Source: the human T2T-CHM13v2.0 reference genome, Homo sapiens. From it: DNA of 64,000 nucleotides. Shown piece after piece: positions 1 through 13,845 of the stretch. A model generated the notes under the pieces. The model ran no database searches and was not told where the DNA came from. It saw only the letters and a program-made list of their open reading frames with translations. The position numbers and the translations under genes were made by a program. The stretch is taken from assembly GCF_009914755.1 (NCBI RefSeq), contig NC_060927.1; one strand, written 5' to 3'. The first letter of the stretch is position 1, and the number at the start of each line of letters is the position of its first letter.

Positions 1-224
1 CGACATGTTTCCCTCATTAAAGAGATAGTGAGATATAGAATTTCTATGCTATTGTCAAGGATAAAGCTGAGTCAAATTCTTCTCACAAACCCAGCAACTT
101 TATAGATCTTAATCATAATGTAGTGAAAAATTGCTCATTGTGCTAATTTTAATAAAGACTCTCTTCAGTTATCTGATTAAATTTAGCAAAAGGTAGTAAA
201 GGAGAGTGGTTGCTCATGTGTAAC

Positions 225-405
225 ATGGAGCCAGCATTGCTGGGTTCGCATCCTTTTCCTGCTACTTACTAGCTGTGTGGTAAATCAATTTCATTATCAT
301 GAGAGTCCTAGGCTGTTTTGTGAAGAATTAATAAGTTAATACATAAACCCAGTTAGGTAGTGTCTGGCTCTGGCAAGCTCTTAATAAATGTTAGTTGTAT
401 CATTT
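225..405 (+). mobile_element. MIR SINE fragment
   Basis: ctgggttcg..cctgctacttactagctgtgtg core and 3' gtagtgtctggc..ttaataaatgttagttg. Confidence 0.6.
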
Positions 406-1009
406 TAGTGGAAATTTATTTTCACTGATGTCAGGAAGCTATATTACACTTTGAACATAGAGGAGTGAAAGTCAAACTGTTCTGCTGATGAAGGAGACAC
501 TACTTTTTCTTTGTGATTTAAAAAAATGTTACATGTTTACTTAACGATGAAAATATATTTTATGGATTAGCTTCACACTTCAAGATGCAAATATGGTGAA
601 GATGAAGGGAAAATGGAAAACATTTATGTTCAATTCATTCTTATTGTAACATGAGTCTTTTGAAAATGTTTTTTCTTAGAAGTTTCTTTTTACCTTATAG
701 TGCTTAAAACCATCTCTGATTGATTGCTTTCTATAAGGATATGTTTAGACCTTATAGAGTATTTTTAAGTATTATATTATATATAGTATATATTACTATA
801 CTATATAAAGTACATGATATAACATATATATATATTTGTATTTAATTTTTTCAAAGAATTCCTTGAATTCCCTCTGCCTTATTTCTTAGGATAGTCAATA
901 ACTCCCCTATGAAGTCATTCCCTCTCTTCTAAATTGGCCAGTAATAATAAAGTTTTCCATAGTTCAAGTAAAATCAGTCAGACATCTGTGCCTAAGTAAA
1001 TTACGAATA

Positions 1010-1198
1010 GACTATACTCTTTACTTCTACGAGATCAACTTTGTAGTTTCCTCATGTGAATGAGAACATGCAGTATCTGTCTTTCCGTGACTGACTTATT
1101 TCACTTAACAATGTCCTCCAAGTTAATTCATGTTGCCATGAATGACAGTATTTTGTTATTTTTTATAGCTTTCTTATGGCTGAATAGTACTTTGTTTC

Positions 1199-1234
<36 letters not shown>

Positions 1235-1437
1235 TACATTTTCTTTATCCTTTCATCTGTTGATGGACACTTAGGTTGATTTCCATATCTTGTCTATTGT
1301 GAATGGTGCTGCAATAAACATGGGTGTGCAGATGTCTCTTTATTATACTAATTCTATTTTCTTTGGTTATATATACTCAGTAGTGGGATTCCTGGATCTT
1401 GTGATAGTTCTATTTTTACTTTTTTGAGGAACCTCTA
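1010..1437 (-). mobile_element. L1 (L1MA-like) ORF2 end/3'UTR fragment containing a (TG)n(TA)n microsatellite at 1198-1232
   Basis: gagaacatgcagtatctgtctttc..cttatttcacttaac, ttcatctgttgatggacacttaggttg, cagtagtgggattcctggatc are antisense L1 3' motifs. Confidence 0.85.
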
Positions 1438-1645
1438 TGCATTTACTGCCAACTAATTTTCATCAGAAGTGCCTAGAACATTCACTGGGGAAAGGACATT
1501 CTCTTTAATAAATGGTGATGGAAAAACTGGATATCCATATGCAGAAGTATGAAACTAGATCTCTGTTGCTCAATGTATACAAAAAAATGACTCAATATGA
1601 ATTCAAGACTAAAATATAAGACCTGAAACTGAATCTACAAGAAAT
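1438..1645 (+). mobile_element. L1 ORF2 fragment, inverted relative to the adjacent piece
   Basis: ggggaaaggacattctctttaataaatggtgatggaaaaactggatatcc corresponds to ORF2 [15 protein letters not shown]. Confidence 0.8.
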
Positions 1646-2245
1646 AATTTTTAATTGAAACTGATACCTTCTTTTTAAAAAATTATAGAATCTTTAAATT
1701 TTATTTTTTTCTTTAGAACTAAAAACCCTATTAATGTCTTAAATAAAAGACTTCCTTGGCTCTAGTATGAGGGTTGCTACACATGGCACATAGTTGATTC
1801 CTTTAAATTACTCCATGTTTGGGAAAGTTATGAAGAACTCTGTAAGGTTTGTTTATCCTTGTCAAGAACTAATTATTTTAGAAACCAAATATAGATTACA
1901 TAGAGAAATGTTATAAAATCATCTTGGGAACATCTTGAGGATTTGAGAAATCATTCTTCACCCTTATCAGGAAGAATTAGAACATAACACAAGGTAAATA
2001 TTAAAGTTTCAGGTTGGGAACCAATAAATACCAGAGTATAGCTATTCTGTTCCAACCCTATTTACAATCAAGCATAATATGCTAAATGAGTGCACAGGTT
2101 TATAAGTACACAAAAGATGATTAGAAGTAAACTGAATCCATCCAAGATGAGGCTGCACAACATGAGAACCAGATTGAGCTATAGGAACTGAGGCTGGCAG
2201 CAAGGAAGTAGAAAAATCACTTCACAAATCTATTCTCTTTACCAA

Positions 2246-2480
2246 GGCCAGAGGGATCATTATGGAACAAAACTCAGTCTCATGTTCCTCCTTGAAACCA
2301 TCCAAACGTTCTTCATTGTTTTTAATAAAATGCAAAGTTTCTAACATGTTCCATATGCTACTTTATCCTGCATCTCTGTCTTCTCACCACAAACCCACAT
2401 GATGTTTACTTTTCCTTTGTTCTTCACACTGAGCTTGCTTCTGTTTAGGGGCTTGGCATTTGCTAATTCCTGTACATGGC
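2246..2480 (+). mobile_element. L2 LINE fragment
   Basis: ccagagggatc..tcatgttcctccttgaaacc..gggcttggcatttgct resembles the L2 3' region. Confidence 0.45.
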
Positions 2481-2605
2481 ATGTAAACTTCAGAACTACT
2501 CCCCCTCAAAAAAATATATTTAAAGGTTTACAAAGACAGTATAATCTATGGCAAATAATAGATATATGAGACTGAGCAAAGAAATACTAACAAATGAAAG
2601 ACTGA

Positions 2606-2663
2606 GGGACTCATATGTCTGATACAGGAGAAACGGGACTCACATGTCTGATACAGGAGAAAC
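2606..2663. repeat. 29-bp tandem duplication (2 copies, 1 mismatch)
   Basis: gggactcaYatgtctgatacaggagaaac at 2606-2634 and 2635-2663. Confidence 0.95.
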
Positions 2664-2889
2664 TAGCATAACTATCAATGACTTGTGAATAAATTATAAG
2701 TAAAATATAATGGGAAAGGAAAATAATGTTTTATAACAAGTAATGTCTATTAAAATAATTCAAAATAGTATTATATTTTTTGGCATGGGAATATCATCTA
2801 TAAGACAGTAGAAAAGCTGTTTATGCCTTAACCATAGTTAGTTAATATTGAGCAAACAAGTTTAAGTATTTAAAGTATTTTTTAAAAAG

Positions 2890-3400
2890 TTATTCTAGTG
2901 CTCTACTGAATTACTTCCAAATTTGTGCAAAAAATTACAACTACTTTATTTTAACACAACTTTTAGGGTTACGGATTTCTATAGAAATCAGCTGGGTGAT
3001 TCTTCTGCTCTGTATGGATTTTACTGAGGCCACTTTTTAGGAGTTAGCTAGTGAATGGTTGGTCTGAAGGGTCCCAGATAATTTCACTGAAAAGTCTAGT
3101 TCCTTGGTAGAGACAATTGGAAATCTTGGTGCAACATTAACTATCTACCATAGTGCCTATGTGTGTTCTATCATAATATTCTTAGTAGAGTAAGATTTCT
3201 TACGGGGCTGCTTATGACTCCCAGAGACAGAAAGTGGAGCCTGCTAGTTTTTAAATACCAAAGCCCAATAACTAAAATAACATCATTTCCATGTATTCTA
3301 TTGGGCAGTGCAGGCCTCCTGTCCAGATTCAAAAGGAGAGGAACAAAGATCCCAATTCCCTTTGAAAAGAGAGTTAATGAATTAGTAGCCTTCTTTAATT
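2890..3400 (-). mobile_element. Old MaLR LTR (MLT1-type)
   Basis: cagctgggtgattcttctgctc, catcatttccatgtattctattgg, ccagattcaaaaggagagg. Confidence 0.6.
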
Positions 3401-3639
3401 TGCCCAAGGAGTTTATGTATTCCTGCTGTATTAGCAAGGCAATGCATAGTATAAAGAAAGTGCAGATAGATTTCTAGATTAAAAAGCAATGATATGTGTA
3501 TATCTCTGGAGGTACACCAAATGATTTATGAAGAAACAAGAGATAATTTTAGAATTTTTATTTTTGCATTAAAAAATTATACATTGATCTCACTAATTTT
3601 ATGTTTTCCTCTCCAGATGAATTTTGTTTGTGTATATCA

Positions 3640-5300
3640 TGATGATTTCTATTTTAACTTTCATATATATGTTTTACAAAATAATAACATAATTTTGAAA
3701 TACTTAAATCTTTTTAACCAGTATATTGTGCGTATTTTCTGCAATCTATTTATTTGCTTGATATGTTACTGAGGCTTTTGTGTGTTGACATATGTCACCA
3801 TAGTTCATTCATTTTAACCATAATGTAGTATTCTGTGATTTAAATATAATTCTACTGTTGATGAACATTTTAAATGTTTTTTATTTTAAAACATTTTTGA
3901 TTTTTCACGATTGTACGTTGTTACTAACAACATCATTATAAAATCTTTTCCCACCTCTCTGTAAGAGGTTTTTCAATGCAATTTCATCAGGAATTGGAAT
4001 ATAGGTCATAGAGCATAAAGTAACTTCTGCTTTACTGTATAACGTTTCCATTACCTCCAAAATGGTTTTGTCAATGCACTCTCAGCAGTATATGAGGGCT
4101 GCAGTTCTTCATTTCTTCAGAAACATTAGGAATTGTCTCAATGTTAAATTGTTGTCAATGACATAGGTGTGAAAAGTCATCTTATTGAGGTTTAAATTTC
4201 TATTTTTCTGTATAAATACATTTATGAAAATATTTATCTTTATAAATTGTTTGTATTACATAATAAATATAAATATAATTCATGTTTTAAAAAGTGTACT
4301 ACTGAGGGAGGCTATGTGGCTATTTGCCCATTTGGGTTTTTTTAAATTCTATGAACGGATATCCTATTGGTATCCATTGTCCATTTTTCTGTTGTTTTAT
4401 TGTTGTTATTGTCATTTTGATGTATTATTATAAAATTTTTCATTCTAAACAAATATTTTTGATAGTCTTTGTGTAGTTATATGTGTTGCAAAATTACCTA
4501 GTAGTCTTTAGTTTGTATTGTCATGACGTCTTTTATTTGTGTGTATGTGTCCATGCACAAAATTACTTAATGGCAATACAGTTGAATTTATCCATCTTGA
4601 TGATTAATGCTTTCTAAAATTTGTTTGACAAATCCATTTCTACTACAAATTCATTAAGGTATTTTATACACGGTTCTGAAGAAAATTTTATTATTTGTAT
4701 ACTCATTTCCTTTATGTTTTATACCCGAAATGGTTTTGCAAGTTAGGTGTGAGGTAGTAATCTAATTTTATATTTTCCTGTAGATAACCAGCTGCACCAG
4801 TATCATTTATTGAACAACAGACTAATTTTGAAACCTCTTCTCTCACATATCAAGTTCCCAGTACAAAGTTGTGCGAGAGAAGTGACAGGGAATACTTTCA
4901 CATATTTCCTATTCTAAAATAATGTCTTATAATATGTTACCAATAGGTATGACGTGTACAGATTTTTGGTAGATGTCAGTTTTTCCCTTAAATGAATTAT
5001 TCTCAGTTTTCAGTTTGCTAAAATAGTTTATAAAAGATCATGAGTAAACATTGATTTTCAACAGTTTTTCATATATTGAGTTAATTATGGAGTTATCCTT
5101 TTATAATCACTTAATATAATTACATTAATTGATTTCCTATGTTAAATCATCATTGAAATGCTAGAATAACCTGAGTCTTGATATAAATATTGCTTAGCAT
5201 TGCTAAATTTTGTTTATTAATATTTTGCTTAGAATTTTGCAGTAATTCTCACAAGTGATGTTGCCCTATAATTTTTTTATTTTTATAGAATCCTTGTTGA
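3640..5300 (-). mobile_element. Highly diverged L1M (L1ME-like) 3' UTR/ORF2
   Basis: tagttcattcatttta, cagcagtatatgaggg, gcaccagtatcatttattgaa; T-rich antisense L1 pattern. Confidence 0.65.
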
Positions 5301-5334
5301 ATGTTGGCATAAAATGACTCAAATGTGAATCTTT

Positions 5335-7628
<2,294 letters not shown>

Positions 7629-8058
7629 TGTCTCACATGCCCGTGTGAGGAGACCACCAAACAGGCTTTGTGTGAGCAATAAGGCTGTTTATTTCACCTG
7701 GGTGCAGGTGGGCTGAGTCTGAAAAAGGAATCAGCAAAGGGTGGTGGATTATCATTAGTTCTTATAGGTTTTGGGACAGGCGGTGGAGTTAGGAGCAAGT
7801 TTTGCGGGTAGGGGGTGGATCTCACAAAGTACATTTTCAAGGGTGGGAAGAATTACAAAGAACCTTCTTAAGGGTAGGGGAGATTACAAAGTACATTGAT
7901 CAGTTGTGGGGGGCAGAAACAAATCACAATGGTGGAACGTCATCATTTAAGGCTATTTTCACTTATTTTGTGGATCTTCACTTGCTTCAGGCCATCTGGA
8001 TGTATACATGCAGGTCACAGGGGATATGATGGCTTAGCTTGGTCTCAGAGGCCTGGCA
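7629..8058 (-). mobile_element. LTR7-family 3' LTR (LTR7B/type II-like)
   Basis: Minus strand begins tgccaggcctctgagaccaagctaagccatcatatcccctgtgacctgc and ends CA; AATAAA at about 7688-7693; repeated acaaagtacatt blocks in U3. Confidence 0.93.
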
Positions 8059-8071
8059 TTCCTGTCTTCTT
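8059..8071 (-). other. Polypurine tract of HERV-H
   Basis: Minus strand aagaagacaggaa immediately before the LTR TG. Confidence 0.85.
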
Positions 8072-8249
8072 ATATTAATAAGAAAAATAACGTAAAATAG
8101 TATTTAAGTGTTGGGGCAGGGAAAAATTTTTGGGGGTGGTATGGAGAGGGATTAGGGGCAGCGTGGGAACAAAGAATGGGAGAGGTTAAGGTGAAGGAAG
8201 ATTTTGTGGTAAAGGGTGATATTGTGGGGTTGTTAGAAGGAGCATTTGT

Positions 8250-8759
8250 CATATAGAATTATTGATGATGGCCTGGATGTGGTTTTGTATGGATTGAGAA
8301 ATTAAACGAAAGACACAAGGTCCAAATAAGAGAAGGAGAAAAACAGGTATTAAAGGACTATGAATTGGGAGTACCCAGGACATCCAATTACAGAGTGTCA
8401 AAGGGGGTTCGGCGTAATTAGTTGCTTGGTTGGCGAGTTTTTGGGCTCTATCCTTGAGTTTTTTTATGTTGTCATATACCAGGCCAGATTGATTTAGGTA
8501 AAAACAACACTCTTCATTTAAAAATATACAGAGTTCCCCCCCTTTTTTTTTTTAGCAGTGAGTAAGTCAGGGCCTCAGTGATTTTGGAGGAAAGAGAAAT
8601 GCAAAGCCAGCAATTGTTTGTTAAAGAAGGATTAGAAACAGCTAGGAGAGAGTGACTGAGATTGACAGTGTGGTAGAGATAGCTGGGGAGAGGTAGAGGG
8701 TGGCATAAGAACAGGAACAAGAATAAGAGTAAGTATAAAAGTAAAGAATAGGACTTCAT
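8250..8759 (-). pseudogene. env: HERV-H env remnant with most of SU deleted
   Basis: Hydrophobic signal peptide and CWLC motif (ORF 8514-8759) joined to a degenerate ISD LQNH*GPDLLTA and CIFLNEECCF (CX6CC). Confidence 0.85.
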
Positions 8760-8769
8760 CAGGGTGAAA

Positions 8770-11150
8770 GTATTGGAGGGTACCTTGTCAATGAAGATCT
8801 TCTATCCACTTAAAGAGAGACTTAAGGGTGGCAGTTTGAGGTAAAACCAGGCACTACTGAATATCAAGAGCCTGAGAAACTGCTTGCGTGATTTGACTAG
8901 TAAAGGCTGGTCTGTTATCAGACTGTATAGAGGTGGGAAGGCTGAACCGAGGAATTATGTCTGACAGAAGGGAAGAAATGACCACAGTGGCGTTCTCAGA
9001 CCCTGTGGGAAAGGCCTCTACCTATCCAGTGAAAGTGTCTACCCAGACCAAGAGGTATTTTAGTTTCCTGACTTGGGGCACGTGAGTAAAGTCAATTCAC
9101 CAGTCCTGGGCCAGGGCAAATCCCCGAGCTTGGTGTGTAGGGAAGGGAGGGGGCCTGAACACTCCCTGAGGAGTAGTAGAATAGCAGAAGGAACACTGAG
9201 AAGTGATTTCCTTGAGGATAGATTTCCACGATGGAAAGGAAATGAGACGTTCTAAGAGGTGGGCTAGCGGCTTGTAACCTACATGGAAGAGGTTAGGAAA
9301 TGACAGCAGAATAGAATGGGCCTGTGAGGCTGGAAGGAGATCCTTGGTTCAAGGACTATTTGCCTTGTGTGGGAAAGGACTGATAGGTGGAAGTTTCAGT
9401 GGGGAGTAGATGGGAGTGACCAGATGAGAAGGAGAAAAACTGCCGTGAAGGATAGAAGTTGGAAAGCTAGCTGCTTTTTAAGCTACTTATCAGCATAAGC
9501 ATTGCCCTGAGTGATGGGATCTGATGCCTTTTGATGGCCCTTGCAGTGAATGACTCCAGCTTCCTTTGTAAGTAAAGCGGCCTTGAGAAGAGTTTTTATT
9601 AAAGAGGGATTGATGATGGAGGACCCTTGTGTAGTGAGGAAACCTCTTTTTGCCCATATAACAACATGGTTGTGCAGGATATGGAAAGCATATTTAGAGT
9701 CAGCATAAATATTGGCATGTAATTCCTTTGCAAGAGTGAGGGCTTGAGTTAAGGCAATGAGTTCAGCTTGCTGAGAGGTAGTGGAGTGGGGCAGAGCTGT
9801 AGCCTGAATGATAGATGTGGAAGATACTATAGCATAGCCTGCCTTTGCTGGTGAGTGGTGATTAGGCCTGGTGGAACTGCCATCAATAAACCAAGTGTGT
9901 TCAGGGTGAGGAACAGGAAAGGAAATATGGGGAAATGGGGTGAATGTCAGGTGGATCAGAGAGGTAGTCATAGGGGTCAGGTGTGGTGTCCGGAATAATG
10001 TGGGAGGATGGATTGATTTCCGGGCCAGGAACAATGGTAATTGTGGGAAACTCAACAAACAGTGAGTATAGCTGAAGGAGCTGGAAGGCAGAAAATATAT
10101 GTGTCAGGTGTGAGGAAGAAAATGGATTTTGAAAGTTACGAGAACCGTAGAGAATGAATTGAGCATAGTTTGTGATTTTGAGGGCCTGTAAAAGTATTAG
10201 GGCAGCAGCAGCAACCGCATGCAGATGTCAGGGCTAGGCTAAAACAGTAAGGCCAAGTTGTTTGGACAGAAAGGCTACAGGGTGTGGTCCTGGCTCTTGT
10301 GTAAGAACTCCGACCACACAGCCCTGCACTTTGGCTGTGTGTAATGAAAAGTGTTGGGATGAGTTAGGGAAAGATAGTGTGGGGGCAGCTTCTAGGGCTG
10401 TTTTTAAGGAACAGAAAGAGGAGTGGCAAAAGGATTTAGGATCTATGGGGTCAGCTAGGTTTGGTTTTGTGAGTTTATGTAATGGTTTTGTCAGGATGGC
10501 AAAACCAGGTATCTAAAGGTGAAAGTATCCTACCATGCCCAGGAAGAAAAGGAGTTGTTGTTTTGTAGAAGGGATTGGGGTTTGGGAGACTAGCCAGACA
10601 CACTCAGCAGGGAAAGCATGTGTTTTCATGAAGAGTTATGTCGAGATAAGTTATGTATGAGGAAGAAATTTGGGCTTGACTGAAGTAATGGGGGCTGTCC
10701 GTGAAGCCTTGAGGCAGTACAGCCCAGATAATTTGCTGAGCCTGATGGGTGTCAGGGTCAGTCCAAGTGAGAGCAAAGAGAGGCTGGGATGAAGGGTGCA
10801 AGGAATAGTAAAGAAAGCATGTTTGAGATCCAGAACAGAATAATGGGTTGTGGAGGGAGGTATTTAGGGTAGGAGAGTATATGGGTTTGGCACCATGGGG
10901 TGGATAGGCAAAATAATTTGGTTGATAAGGCGCAGATCCCTAACTAACCTGTAAGACTTGTCTGGTTTTTGGACATGTAAAATGGGGAAATTGTAAGGAG
11001 AGTTTATAGGCTTTAAAAGACCACACTGTAACAGGCAAGTGATAACAGGCTTTAATCCTTTTAAGCATGCTGTGGGATGGGATATTGGCATTGAGTGGGG
11101 TAAGGGTGATTAGATTTTAATGGGATGGTTAGGGGTGCATCATTTGTCAC
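8770..11150 (-). pseudogene. pol: HERV-H pol remnant (RT, RNase H, partial integrase)
   Basis: SPYNFPILHVQKPDKSYRLVRDLRLIN and WAVLPQGFTDSPHYF (RT); WFIDGSS, SQQAELIAL, IYADSKYAF, HCKGHQ, GNAYAD (RNase H); multiple stops and frameshifts. Confidence 0.93.
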
Positions 11151-11159
11151 CAAGGAGGG

Positions 11160-11540
11160 AGTAGAGGTATCCTATACTTGTGGATTAAGGTGGGGAGATA
11201 CAAGGAGAGGATGTGAAGGAGGCTTTGAACTGGGGCAAAAGGTGGCAATGAGGTGTGGCTGTAGCCCAGGAATAGCCAGGGAAGTAGATAATTTAGTTAA
11301 AATGTCTCGACCTAATAAGGGAGCTGGGCAGGTGGGGATAACTAAAAAAGAGTGCATAAAAGAATGTTGTCCAAGTTGGCACCAGAGTGGGGGAGTTTTA
11401 AGGGGTTTAAATACCCCTTAAATACCCTTCAATACCCACAACAGTTATGGAGGCAAAGGAAACAGGCCCTTGAAAAGAAGGTAATGTGGAGTGAGTAGAC
11501 TTTGTATTGATTAAGAAGGGGACGGACTTACCTTCTACTG
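11160..11540 (-). pseudogene. pro: HERV-H protease remnant
   Basis: HSFLVIPTCPAPLLGRDILTKL; the active-site region reads FLINTKSTHSTLPS instead of D-T/S-G. Confidence 0.85.
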
Positions 11541-11579
11541 TAAGAGTTACCTAAAGCATCTGTGATGGTCCAGGATGCT

Positions 11580-12850
11580 TCTGAGGCAATCAGGCAGCAT
11601 CAGTCTTCAGCTGCTGAGCTCAGAAGATCTGGGAAGGAGTCAATCAGAGAGCCTTGGGCCAGAGTTCCAGGGGCTCTGGAAGTGGTGGCCAGGTGAGTTG
11701 AACAGTCCAATTTTCACTGGGGTCCTGTACAGATGGGACATGGCTTAGGAGGAATCCCAGGCTGTGGGCATTCCTTGGCCCAGTGGCCAGATTTCCAGCA
11801 CTTGTAGCAAGCTCCTGGGAGAGGAGGTTCTGGATGAATCCCTGGCAGCTGTGGTTCAGGCGTCTGGAGTTCTTGTGTGCTGGAGATGTGGTTGGGGTTT
11901 GTCTCACAGTGGAGGCAAGGACTTGCAACTCAGAAATACATTGCTACTTGGCTGCCTCTACTCTATTATTGTACACCTTGAAGGTGAGGTTAATTAAGTC
12001 CTGTTGTAGGGTTTGAGGGATGGAATTTAATTTTTGGAGCTTTATTTAATGTCAGGAGCAGATTGGATAATAAAATAAAATGCATATTGTGAATAAGACG
12101 GACTTCTGGCCTTTCAGGGTCTAGGGCTGTAAAGCGTCTCAGGGTTGCTGCCAGACGGGCCATGAACTGGGCTGGGTTTTTTATATTTGATGAAAAAGAG
12201 CCTAAACGCTAACTGATTTGGGAGAGGTCAGATAAAGAAAAAGGAGCATTAACCTTTACTATGCCTTTAGCTCCAGCCACCTTTTTAAGAGGAAATTGCT
12301 GGGTAGGTGGGGGAGGGCTAGTTGCCAAACAAAACTGTAAGCCGGACCAGCTGTGAGGAGGGGAGGTGATAAAAGGATTACAGGGTTGGGCAGCGGAGGC
12401 TGAGGAAAAATTGGGACCTAGCTCAGCCTGGTGAGGAGCAGCCTAGGGAGGAGGGGAGAGGTCAGATGGGTCCATAGAAAAGGAAGATTCAAAGGACTCA
12501 GAGATGCTTGGGGTTGGGACTGAAGGGACAGGCGGGAGGGAAAGAAGCAAGATTTGGGACGAGTTGCATTGGGAACAGAGACTAGGGAGGGACCAATGTG
12601 TAAAAGAATGCCTGGTCATCAGGCATGTCAGACTGCCCATTTCATGACAAGAATTACTTAGATCTTGTAGGATGGAAAAATCAAAAGTGCCATTTTATGG
12701 CTATTTGGCACCACTGTCGAGTTTGTATTGGGGTAAAGCGGCATTGCAGAAGAAAATAAGGCATTTAGGTTTTAGGTCAGGTGTGAGTTGAAGAGGTTTT
12801 AAGTTCTTGAGAACACAGGCTAAGGCAGAAGAAGGAGGAATGGAGGGTGG
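11580..12850 (-). pseudogene. gag: HERV-H gag remnant
   Basis: Zinc knuckle CYKCWKSGHWAKEC (CX2CX4HX4C) at about 11765-11810; matrix-like LACVLKNLKPLQLTPDLKPKCLIFFCN. Confidence 0.88.
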
Positions 12851-12890
12851 AAATTTGCCTGTAGTGTAAGAGGCAAGTTTAAAGAGAAGG

Positions 12891-13570
12891 GTAGAGACAT
12901 GGAGAGAAGGGGTGGGGGAGGCTTGCCCCTCAGGAAAGTGGAGAAGAGGTGGGAGGTGCTTGCCCTCCAGGAAAGTGGAAATGGGGGGGAGGTGCCTGCC
13001 CCCCCAGAAAGTGGAAATGGGGTGGGAGATGCTTGCCCCCCAGAAGAGCAGAAAAGGGGTGGGAGGTGCTTGCCCCCCAGGAGAGTGGAAAAGAGGTGGC
13101 AGGTGCTTTCCCCCCAGGAGAGTGGAAAAGGGGTGGGAGGTGTTTTCCCCCCAGGAAAGTGGAAAAGGCGTGGGAGGTGCTTGCCCCCCAGTAAAGTGGA
13201 AATGGGGTGGGAGGTGCTTGCCCCCCAGGAAAGTAGAAATGGGGTGGGAGGTACTTGCCCCCCAGTAAAGTGGAAACGGGGTGGGAGGTGCTTGCCCCCT
13301 GGGAAAGTAGAAAAGGGGTGGAGACATGGAGAGAAGGGGTGGGGGGTGCTTGCCCCCCAGGAAAGTGGAGAAGGGGTGGGAGGTGCTTGCTCCCCAGGAA
13401 AGTGGAAATGGGGTGGGAGGTGCTTGCCCCCCAGGAAAGTGGAAAAGGGGCAGAGACACAGAGAGAAGGAGTGGGGGGTGCTTGCCCCCCAGGAAAGTGG
13501 AAAAGGGGTGGGAGGTGCTTACCCCCCAGGAAAGTGAAAAAGGGGTAGAGACACGGAGAGAAGGGGTGGG
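12891..13570. repeat. 37-bp minisatellite (16 units) inside HERV-H
   Basis: Unit ggggtgggaggtgcttgccccccaggaaagtggaaa(a/t) with 37-bp period, punctuated by 21-bp gtagagacacggagagaaggg spacers. Confidence 0.95.
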
Positions 13571-13845
13571 GAGCAGCCCTCGGCTGCAATGTGGGTGAGC
13601 AGCCAAAGCAGGTGTCCCCACAATTGACTTGCTACCAAGGGAATGTGGGTGAATGACCAAAGCAAGTGTCCCCGTGGAGATCAGACACCAATGGAATGTG
13701 GGTGAATAATTAGGCAGGCTACACAATGATTAAACACTAATGGAAGGCTGCCTTCCTGAGTCTGTGACCGGCACCAGAGTTTTGGGTCCACTGATAAAAT
13801 GTGTCTCCTTTGTGTCTACCATAAAATGAAAGGAATTGAAATTAA

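Larger units (their letters stand above)
7629..13845 (-). mobile_element. HERV-H endogenous retrovirus, defective and 5'-truncated
   Basis: LTR7, PPT, env, IN/RNase H, RT, PR, gag and leader are collinear on the minus strand. Confidence 0.96.

Noticed and set aside
12891-13570. Regular repeat array superficially like CRISPR
   Set aside because: Units are head-to-tail with no unique spacers, there are no cas genes, and the context is a primate ERV.
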